Origin: a virus
Lineage: Duplodnaviria > Caudoviricetes
Strand: one strand, 5' to 3'
Length of the DNA stretch: 50,933 bases
Virus record (IMG/VR): IMGVR_UViG_3300048573_000087
Span: 1 to 50,933 of that record
How positions within the stretch are numbered: position 1 is the first letter of the stretch; each line of letters starts with the position of its first letter. A program made the position numbers and the translations under genes. The notes beneath the pieces were generated by a model that saw nothing but the letters and a program-made list of their open reading frames with translations, ran no database searches and was not told the DNA's origin. Shown here piece after piece: positions 44,086 to 50,933 of the stretch.

Positions 44086-45795
44086 TTATTTCTTGATAAC
44101 TTTGGCATATACAGTGCCAGCAGCTAAATTTATCGCGCTGCCTGTGTTGTTATATAACATAACAGACACAAGATTAGTACTATTTACATGAGCCGAAATA
44201 TCTAAACTAAGTAAATCGGATGAAAACGAACCTATAGCAAAATCACCCAGTGCCGCCCCTGTAACTGTGATGTCTTTTTGTTCCCGCGCACCAGCAGCAA
44301 TACTACCCGGATCCCATGAAACAGACCCCTGCAAATTAATGATTCCGAAGGGAACCCATGTTCCGGGAGAGCCTGCTACTGAGCAAAGCCAACCGCTATT
44401 TCCGCCAATGGTGGGCGCGTTATTTCTACAGATTGAGCCAACTTGCCAATAGGTATTTGATGCACTAGGTGCGGCAGCGCCCCAAATTTGCGAGCGGGAT
44501 TTAAATGCCGTATCTCCCGGATGATTGTGCTCCTCACTTCCGTCAAATATCTGCGCCGTAGAAGTGTTTATTTTAGTAAAGTCAAAATCGGAAAACCGGA
44601 AATAGTTGCAGCCAAGGCTTGCTGCCCCAGTGAGTACGGTAGCGGTAGCATTAGGCGAAATATTCTCCCTAACGATGAACGTATTAGCTAAAGTTTGCGC
44701 TGGTACGTCTCCTCCTAAATCAAACCCTACCCCGCCAGCTGTCGGAAACTCCATTACTAATATGTCAAAGTGATTGTTAGCACATAAGCTGGTGCCCGCG
44801 CTGCCATGATTCCGCATAAGAACATTTACCAAATTGTTATTAAAGTATGCTATCTCAAACCGGTTTGCTTCGCACTGTACATCTCCGGCGTTGAGATTAA
44901 CACCATAATTATTATGCAGCACGCTGCCTAATACAAATCGACACTCTCCGATATGATCTTCGTTTATATTGCCGTCTAAACTTAGGGCAGAAAATAAACC
45001 CTCTAGTTTCTGTATATAGAAACGGCTGTGCTCTGAGCGCAAGACAGATAAACCAATGCCGTGTTGATTTGTTGAAGTCTGCCATGTAGTCCCAAAGTTG
45101 GGCCCTACAATGGCGTATATATCAAATTTTCTACCATAGGCTAGATCATCAAATGTTATAATAGCGGTATCAGCACTGGAGGCTGATTTAATCATAGCCC
45201 CCGGACCAGCGACGTTACAATTAATAGTAGGCAAAGACGCTGGTGTAACAAGATACACACCATCTGGCAAAACTAATGTGGCGGCAGAGGTTCCTGTATC
45301 CGCCGTATTGGCGGCATTAATAGCGGCGATAAGCGCCGTTGTATCGTTCGCCACTCCATCACCAACTGCGCCGTAGGCGCTGTCTTTTACATTAATTATT
45401 TCCCCCGCCCCAAGTAAGCTGCGAGCCTCGGCGGCTGTTACTGCCGCTAGCACTGTGTCCATAAACGTAGTGGCCACATCGTTCCATGATGTAGTAGTTC
45501 CATCTGTTTTAAGATGCTTGCCAGCGTGCCCAGTCTGAGAGGGAATAGCCCCAGCAGGCGCTGCTACCTGCCCTTGAAGTTGCCTAAGATTAACTGCATC
45601 GGTGGATAGGGCTCCGTCAGCAAGATTATTTATCTGATGGCTGCTCATATCAATAACAGCATCCATAGCATTAGGCGCCGTACCATCACGACTTAAAGTA
45701 TTTTCAATCGCAACCTCAACAGCCGTGTTGTTGGTATTATATGTACTGACAACAGCATAGCCCGATACTATGTCGTTAAGTGTGAGTTTTGCCAA
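44086..45795 (-). CDS. tail spike/fiber with pectate-lyase-3-like beta-helix
   Basis: N-terminal NTLSRDG..PN.M anchor, NVKDSAYGAVGDGVANDT..L..AI, LPDGVY. Confidence 0.85.
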   Translation of the reverse strand: MAKLTLNDIVSGYAVVSTYNTNNTAVEVAIENTLSRDGTAPNAMDAVIDMSSHQINNLADGALSTDAVNLRQLQGQVAAPAGAIPSQTGHAGKHLKTDGTTTSWNDVATTFMDTVLAAVTAAEARSLLGAGEIINVKDSAYGAVGDGVANDTTALIAAINAANTADTGTSAATLVLPDGVYLVTPASLPTINCNVAGPGAMIKSASSADTAIITFDDLAYGRKFDIYAIVGPNFGTTWQTSTNQHGIGLSVLRSEHSRFYIQKLEGLFSALSLDGNINEDHIGECRFVLGSVLHNNYGVNLNAGDVQCEANRFEIAYFNNNLVNVLMRNHGSAGTSLCANNHFDILVMEFPTAGGVGFDLGGDVPAQTLANTFIVRENISPNATATVLTGAASLGCNYFRFSDFDFTKINTSTAQIFDGSEEHNHPGDTAFKSRSQIWGAAAPSASNTYWQVGSICRNNAPTIGGNSGWLCSVAGSPGTWVPFGIINLQGSVSWDPGSIAAGAREQKDITVTGAALGDFAIGSFSSDLLSLDISAHVNSTNLVSVMLYNNTGSAINLAAGTVYAKVIKK

Positions 45796-45809
45796 TGTAT
45801 AATCTCCGG

Positions 45810-46319
45810 CTACTTATCGGCCAGTAAGTTGGTTTTTTGTGCCGAGCCTGCGCTCGATCCAAAGTAATAATTCATAATCGTTGCTTGGGCAGCAGTAAGC
45901 ACCCCTAACAGGGTCTGCAATAAATCCTTCGATTCGCTAGGTATGCCGAATTTCCACACCGCCCACAGACATCCGAAGTACGCCACTGTGTATGCTACTG
46001 CCAGTATCTTTGTTGTGTTGTCTTGGCTGGTAGTTTCCCTTATTCTGGCCGAAGCTCTGTCTGAGGCTGAGATTTCCTCTAACTTAACTCCGGCTGCGGC
46101 TAAATCTGATTGTAACTTTGCGTCGGCTTCTTTAATTCGTGCGAGAACATCTGACCCGCCAGAAAGAACGGCTTGCTCAACCTCAGCCTCCGTTCCATCG
46201 GCCTTTCCAAGAATAGCCGTAGATAGTGCTTTTACGGCTACCCCTGCAAGGGGTCCGCCAAGTATTCCCGCTAGGCCGGGTGCTACTGCTTGTATTACAT
46301 CACGCCAAGTTGAGTTCAT
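45810..46319 (-). CDS. putative holin
   Basis: VAPGLAG.LGGPLAG, DRASAR.RE, two TM segments, YYFGSS.GS..K. Confidence 0.75.
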   Translation of the reverse strand: MNSTWRDVIQAVAPGLAGILGGPLAGVAVKALSTAILGKADGTEAEVEQAVLSGGSDVLARIKEADAKLQSDLAAAGVKLEEISASDRASARIRETTSQDNTTKILAVAYTVAYFGCLWAVWKFGIPSESKDLLQTLLGVLTAAQATIMNYYFGSSAGSAQKTNLLADK

Positions 46320-46567
46320 GCCATCCTCGCGGAGCGAGTACGCTTAAAGCCGCGATTAGCGTGCCTCGACTGAACCCTAAGGTTACTACGCCCATTCCCG
46401 CCTCCCTTTACCATTGGCCGCTTGTGATCTACGTCCTTGCCATCCCCTTTACGCACACGGCCTTGTTTCATAAGAATACGCCGGGCAGCATTGCGCTTAG
46501 CCCTACGTTTCTTTTGAATAGGTTTTCCCTGATATCGTTCATATTCGCGAGCGTAATTACGTGCCAC
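46316..46567 (-). CDS. small basic HNH endonuclease
   Basis: RNYAREY, DVDHKRP..KGG.N..SNLRV....NR. Confidence 0.8.
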   Translation of the reverse strand: MARNYAREYERYQGKPIQKKRRAKRNAARRILMKQGRVRKGDGKDVDHKRPMVKGGGNGRSNLRVQSRHANRGFKRTRSARMA

Positions 46568-46670
46568 TTATAGCCTCTGTGTGCATTGTGTGATCTCGAT
46601 GGTTTTCATTCAGCCCCTCCGGTCCGCCTGAAGCGGGAAGGGAAAAGCAGGAGAAGAAGCCAGCGTTTCA

Positions 46671-47708
46671 TTAGAACCAGTTAATGATGATTATGCCGTT
46701 AGCCCCCATGCCACCATCGGAATTTTGGCCACCACCGCCGCCGCCACATCCGAAATAATACTTTCTGCCAGTAGTGTTTTGTCCCGGTCCTCCTACAACT
46801 CCACTCCCTCCCCCAGGTGAACCATAGCCGTACTCAGCCCCACCACCGCCACCGCCCGATGCAGGACCAACACCGGAAGCCGCCCCAGGGAAACCACAAT
46901 TACCGCCAAAGCCACCGGCAGCGGCTGTGGACCCACCGCCACCGCCACCGCCTCCACTCGACCAGCCTAAACTGGGGGTGTAACTGTGCCCACCGTTTCC
47001 ACCCACCGTTCCTCCTGTTCCGGCAATACCTCCAACGGCAAATGGCAATAACGGTGCGACGGGTCCAGACGTGCCTCCAGCACCGCCATCGGCGGCTCCA
47101 CCGCCATACCCGCCGCCGCCGCCTTTCTGATTAGGGAATTTCGTAATGACATGCGCTAAGCCAGAACCGGAAAAAGCCAGTGTGTTTTGCGCGCCAGATG
47201 AGCCGTTACCACTACTGACACCCACCACTCCCCCCGCTCCACCGGCTCCAATAGTTACTGTTAAAGTCTGTCCTATTGTGGCGACCATTGGATAAAATCG
47301 TGACCCTTCAGAACCACCCCCACCGCCACCTGCACCGCCCGTAGCATGTCCAGCCCCACCACCACCGCCACCGGCGACTCCACTGATATAAAGCAGTTCA
47401 GCAGGAACGGTCCAAACAATATTACCGGAGAAAGTCAAAGCGGTTCCCGTTGCGGTTCCCGTTACGTCTTTGTCAATCGTGACTTGCGTAGCGCTGTCAA
47501 TAGAGACAATAGCCGTGGTAGCGGGGATGTTAGTGCCTGCGACAATCTGCCCAACACTCAAACCTAATGTGTTAGTCATGCCTGTAATCAATCTGGGTGC
47601 AGAGGTATCGGTATTGCCCGTTATACTTCCGGCAAAAGGATGCACGAAGATTTTGGTCTTGAGACGACCGGGTTTCCCCATTGCAAAAAAAGCTTCTATT
47701 GCGTTCAT
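46671..47708 (-). CDS. glycine-rich fiber-like virion protein
   Basis: WTVPA..., GGGGGG repeats, GG.GANGIIIINW C-terminus. Confidence 0.75.
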   Translation of the reverse strand: MNAIEAFFAMGKPGRLKTKIFVHPFAGSITGNTDTSAPRLITGMTNTLGLSVGQIVAGTNIPATTAIVSIDSATQVTIDKDVTGTATGTALTFSGNIVWTVPAELLYISGVAGGGGGGAGHATGGAGGGGGGSEGSRFYPMVATIGQTLTVTIGAGGAGGVVGVSSGNGSSGAQNTLAFSGSGLAHVITKFPNQKGGGGGYGGGAADGGAGGTSGPVAPLLPFAVGGIAGTGGTVGGNGGHSYTPSLGWSSGGGGGGGGSTAAAGGFGGNCGFPGAASGVGPASGGGGGGAEYGYGSPGGGSGVVGGPGQNTTGRKYYFGCGGGGGGQNSDGGMGANGIIIINWF

Positions 47709-47709
47709 G

Positions 47710-47994
47710 TTATGCCTCCGTATAAGTTAGTGAGGTACGGTTATCCCAAATCTGGGTAGTTGTGCTCGCCCCCGGCCCGGTAGCGATATAGGCGGAACCT
47801 GTAGCACTTGTGATTCTGGTGACTTGCCATGCGGCTGTTGCTCCATCCGTGGCAGGAGGAGCTTTACCTAAATAGACATAAGTTCCGGTATCGTCTATAG
47901 GAGAACTGAACGCGCCATCAGTGACCAGCACCGCGCCGTTTACTAGGCCGGAGTACCAATCCATCATATAATCAGTTAATGCTTTTTGCGCCAT
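47710..47994 (-). CDS. small phage protein
   Basis: YLGKAPP, AAWQVTRI, WDNRTSLTY. Confidence 0.7.
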   Translation of the reverse strand: MAQKALTDYMMDWYSGLVNGAVLVTDGAFSSPIDDTGTYVYLGKAPPATDGATAAWQVTRITSATGSAYIATGPGASTTTQIWDNRTSLTYTEA

Positions 47995-47997
47995 TTA

Positions 47998-48225
47998 TTA
48001 TTTACTCCCCGTTAGTTTGCTTTGCCAACCACGTTGGTTTTTCATGCGTTCTTTATCGAAGTCCTCTTTGTCCGTTACTCGCTCACCCTCAGACTTTTGC
48101 GCTTGGTCGTAAGGTTGATTACGCTTACGCCATTCCTCTTTGGATAGGGCTTCCTCGCCGTTAGATTGTTTCTCTATGACGTAATCCTTATATGCTACGT
48201 CTTCAAGTTCCCCGGGATAGGCCAC
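47998..48225 (-). CDS. hypothetical protein
   Basis: 75 aa, charged; GTG start; packed in the operon. Confidence 0.55.
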   Translation of the reverse strand: MAYPGELEDVAYKDYVIEKQSNGEEALSKEEWRKRNQPYDQAQKSEGERVTDKEDFDKERMKNQRGWQSKLTGSK

Positions 48226-48226
48226 G

Positions 48227-48382
48227 TTACATCTTCCTCATAGGTTTCTTCTTTTTCTTGTTCATCGAACGTCGCATGATTTCCTCATCCGTGCCCATAC
48301 GAGCCCTACAAACCGCATGGGCGTTTTTAACTTTTCCTTCCTTCATTACGGCTTTAACACATCGCTCTAAGGCTGCTGGCAT
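48227..48382 (-). CDS. small basic hypothetical protein (51 aa, not in ORF track)
   Basis: MPAALERCVKAV...AHAVCRAR; AAGGA upstream. Confidence 0.55.
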   Translation of the reverse strand: MPAALERCVKAVMKEGKVKNAHAVCRARMGTDEEIMRRSMNKKKKKPMRKM

Positions 48383-48449
48383 TGTTTATGTGTCCTTGTA
48401 GTATTCTAGGGAGTTTTGTTAAAGCAGGCTCCCGAACTGCGTAGCGCTT

Positions 48450-48581
48450 CTACCGCTTGAACTTCTCGATGACGTAGTGCGTCTTATCTGCAAGGGCACG
48501 CCACATCTTGGCAAACCTGCCCGTTATCGCCGAGCGGGCTCGGTAAATCCATGACTTCTTTTTCTTTTTAATTCGTTTCAT
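48450..48581 (-). CDS. small basic hypothetical protein (43 aa, not in ORF track)
   Basis: MKRIKKKKKSWIYRARSAITGRF... Confidence 0.45.
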   Translation of the reverse strand: MKRIKKKKKSWIYRARSAITGRFAKMWRALADKTHYVIEKFKR

Positions 48582-48756
48582 TCTTTGTGTCCGGTATTGT
48601 AGTGGGACGCTTGATTGCGTCTCTCAGCGGCGTTCCTCCTATGGTTGTCTTATCCACATCTACTTTAGCATATCCATCGGGATAAGTGCCAATAGCCACC
48701 GATACAACTACGGTAAGCCAAATAATCAATATACCTAACATAGAGTAATTGACCCC

Positions 48757-48780
48757 AAAAAAGGGGGCGTTGCCGCCCCC
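48757..48780 (-). terminator. intrinsic terminator
   Basis: GGGGGCG-GCAA-CGCCCCC followed by TTTTTT on the minus strand. Confidence 0.85.
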
Positions 48781-48791
48781 ATTAATTGCTA

Positions 48792-49091
48792 TTACGCGGG
48801 GTTAAAGATGTTCTGGATGGCTGTCATAACTTCGTCCAACTGCGCCTCAGTGATACTTCCACCATTAGCAATAATATCCTGAAGTTCCTTGACCTTAGCT
48901 TCGAGTGAATCCAACTTAGCCTTTACTTCCGCTGCTTCATTCGCTACTGCATCTTTCAAGTCCTGTACGCTTGCCATAATGCGATTCTCCTTTAGTAAAA
49001 CATGGTAGAGCGCGTCGATAACCACATCCAGCTTGCGCTCTATGGCGTGGAGGTGTTTTTGTACATCGTTGGTGTTGGTGTTTCTGTGCAT
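48792..49091 (-). CDS. coiled-coil hypothetical protein
   Basis: Heptad pattern; an internal AAGGAG RBS before MASVQDL suggests a second start. Confidence 0.6.
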   Translation of the reverse strand: MHRNTNTNDVQKHLHAIERKLDVVIDALYHVLLKENRIMASVQDLKDAVANEAAEVKAKLDSLEAKVKELQDIIANGGSITEAQLDEVMTAIQNIFNPA

Positions 49092-49097
49092 ATGTTG

Positions 49098-49433
49098 TTA
49101 CACCTCTATGTCCGAGAGCTTCTTAACACACACGGCCAAGGCTTTCTTAAGGGTTATATCCGCCGCATTAAATTCCTCGTTCATTACTTCGGCAATGAAC
49201 TTCTGGATAAGGCCCCGCATTTCGGGGTCCTTGGTGGCCACTGCGTCTTGCATCTCCGTGGTAGTCTTTCCCAGTTTTGCCAGTTCGGCTAGATCGTCTA
49301 ATGTGCTGTTGATGCCGGTTGCACACATATCCAAGGCGGTTTCCTTGGAATAGAGCTTCTCAGCACTTGTGGCTGAGTAGCTAATGCCGAAAGCAAGGAT
49401 AAAGCAGAGAACGATACTGCGCGTGTAGTTCAT
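49098..49433 (-). CDS. secreted hypothetical protein, first gene of the late arm
   Basis: Signal-peptide-like N-terminus; two Cys in the mature part. Confidence 0.65.
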   Translation of the reverse strand: MNYTRSIVLCFILAFGISYSATSAEKLYSKETALDMCATGINSTLDDLAELAKLGKTTTEMQDAVATKDPEMRGLIQKFIAEVMNEEFNAADITLKKALAVCVKKLSDIEV

Positions 49434-49621
49434 TGGGCCTCTTTAGACGTAGTTCCATTAAAACTTTACACTTACCCCAGTGTATGCTCGGTTATCCCTG
49501 CACCCCCTCAAGGGGGTTCGTGTAACCTGCGCTTTCTTCGATTATCGCTCGGGACGGCCCTCAAGGGCCATTCACCCTTCGCTAGTCAATCTCAGAAGTT
49601 ATATTTATTATTATATGATCT

Positions 49622-49648
49622 TTAGACAGCAAGAATTGCATAAAGTTC
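49622..49648 (-). promoter_or_regulatory. sigmaE/AlgU-type promoter heading the late arm
   Basis: Minus strand (GG)GAACTT-TATGCAATTCTTGCTG-TCTAA (N16). Confidence 0.7.
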
Positions 49649-49886
49649 CCGTAGTTGGGAACTATATTTTATCACCCGACGGGTGGGGACACCCACTCGC
49701 GGGGTTGAGTAAATGCAAGTATATGATTTATATACACTTATGGTCCAATAGGTAATTTTGGTGGGATTTAGGGAAGGTGCGATGCACAGATATCGTACCC
49801 CCCATATCCCCCGGGGTACCCCCTTATTAAATATGGTGTAATAAATTTCACCGCATATTATGTATGGTTGAATATATCCTACATAG

Positions 49887-49907
49887 TAATGAGATGTATT
49901 CTCATTA
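49887..49907. promoter_or_regulatory. Fur-box-like inverted repeat
   Basis: TAATGAGA-TGTAT-TCTCATTA. Confidence 0.4.
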
Positions 49908-49976
49908 TGACAGTAGCATCATGGATGTACGGCAAGCAGCATATAACCCCACTCTAATATACTAATATACTAATAT

Positions 49977-49992
49977 GTAGTCTGTAGACTAC
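49977..49992. repeat. 16-bp palindrome copy (GT centre)
   Basis: GTAGTCTGTAGACTAC, preceded by a near-triple CTAATATA tandem. Confidence 0.95.
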
Positions 49993-50014
49993 ACAAACTG
50001 TGCGTGATTAATCA

Positions 50015-50030
50015 TGCAAAATCCATGCCA
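50015..50030 (-). promoter_or_regulatory. sigma54-type -24/-12 site
   Basis: Minus strand TGGCATGGATTTTGCA. Confidence 0.55.
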
Positions 50031-50037
50031 ATATGGT

Positions 50038-50066
50038 TTGACAACCTGTTGTATTTATGATACAAT
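50038..50066 (+). promoter_or_regulatory. sigma70 early promoter
   Basis: TTGACA-N17-TACAAT with an extended TG. Confidence 0.85.
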
Positions 50067-50089
50067 GTTCCAATAATGATACATTGATA

Positions 50090-50131
50090 TGGCACGATTA
50101 TTGCTTGTGTAATGTTGGCATGATTCTTGCT
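50090..50131 (+). promoter_or_regulatory. two tandem sigma54-type -24/-12 sites
   Basis: TGGCACGATTATTGCT (50090-50105) and TGGCATGATTCTTGCT (50116-50131). Confidence 0.6.
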
Positions 50132-50193
50132 ATTCCTTAATATATACACCCGCAAGGGACAGGGATACCGTTAGTCGGAAAGTAGCAGTATCC

Positions 50194-50209
50194 GTAGTCT
50201 GTAGACTAC
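50194..50209. repeat. 16-bp palindrome copy (GT centre)
   Basis: GTAGTCTGTAGACTAC. Confidence 0.95.
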
Positions 50210-50294
50210 ATTTTAGCTTGACGGATGATAGTTATTAGTTTACCCTGTTTCTACACAGTGCAATCATGCATTGTTTAAACATGGAGCAATCACA

Positions 50295-50933
50295 ATGAAA
50301 GCGAAACTCACAAAAGCCCTTAAGGGCGCAACAGTACCAACAGATGCGAAACTTCCATTACCTACTGCTATCCCGGCAGTAGAACCGAAAGACGGCATCG
50401 GGCGCGGCAAGGTGGGCCTGACATACCGTGCCGTCATGCTGGAAGCTGTTGTAGCATCAGCCGCTATTGTGGTCGGTAAGCGCGAGGGAACAGCGGTAAG
50501 CCAGCACATGCTACAATTAGCGCAACAGTCTGACAGCGTTGCATCCTTCGTGAAAGCGGTTGCCGAGACGGAGAAGTATATCAAGTCCGACGAGGGAAAG
50601 GCTGCGGCATTGTCTGCCTTGGATGATACCGACTACAACCTAACGGCCAATGATACGGCGGCTGTGATTGGAGTAGTTCCCGGCCAGTGGCGGCAGTACC
50701 GTAACAACATCAAGAGGGCTTGGGAAATGGGTATTCTGCCATCCGGGTACAAGACGGAAGCGGCTTTGCGTGCGGCACTCAATGCCAAGCGTAACGCGGC
50801 CAGTGGTAAGGATGTGCTGCTGCGTGCGGTCAATGCCGTGAAAGAGAACTTGTCGGCAATCCTCAAGAACGCCAAGGACAAGAGCGCCAAGGACAAGGCG
50901 GCTATTGCCAAGTCTATCGCTACGGACGGCGAG
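50295..50933 (+). CDS. first early protein, Ala/Lys-rich (213 aa; stop at 1-3 if circular; not in ORF track)
   Basis: GGAG RBS; MKAKLTKALK...KSIATDGE is open to the window end, 639 nt = 213 codons, followed by TGA at positions 1-3. Confidence 0.75.
   Translation, partial: MKAKLTKALKGATVPTDAKLPLPTAIPAVEPKDGIGRGKVGLTYRAVMLEAVVASAAIVVGKREGTAVSQHMLQLAQQSDSVASFVKAVAETEKYIKSDEGKAAALSALDDTDYNLTANDTAAVIGVVPGQWRQYRNNIKRAWEMGILPSGYKTEAALRAALNAKRNAASGKDVLLRAVNAVKENLSAILKNAKDKSAKDKAAIAKSIATDGE

Noticed and set aside
1-50933. Genome-wide stop-codon reassignment
   Set aside because: Core genes are full length in the standard code and all three stop codons end well-supported genes; the only tRNA has a CCA anticodon.
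1-50933. Prophage or temperate lifestyle
   Set aside because: No integrase, CI-like repressor, partition genes or flanking host genes recognised.

Overview
This window looks like a complete, circularly permuted ~50.9 kb lytic podovirus genome with PaP3/LUZ24/PA11/phiEco32-type architecture. The last ORF (50295-50933) runs in frame into the TGA at positions 1-3. The host is probably a proteobacterium, based on sigma70-, sigma54-, sigmaE- and IHF-like sites. The plus arm (50295 to 22636) carries small early genes, tRNA-Trp, a phiEco32-type amidoligase/amidotransferase/ATP-grasp cluster, primase, helicase, family A polymerase, nucleases and nucleotide hydrolases. The minus arm (49433 to 22602) carries terminase, portal, scaffold, capsid, tail, internal virion and lysis genes. 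I recognised no RNA polymerase, sigma factor, integrase or repressor. Main observations: (1) a 16-bp palindrome GTAGTCT-RY-AGACTAC occurs 14 times, all in the early/middle arm; (2) the tail tubular B (nozzle) gene is split by a 3.1 kb two-gene adhesin-like cassette, and each stop/start junction seems to cut through a protein domain; (3) three exact GAACTT-N16-TCTAA (sigmaE/AlgU-type) promoters head the replication and late operons; (4) a second dispersed early motif has a CsrA-like core; (5) the putative terminal region holds clustered sigma54, sigma70 and Fur-like sites. All calls come from reading motifs by eye; no searches were run.
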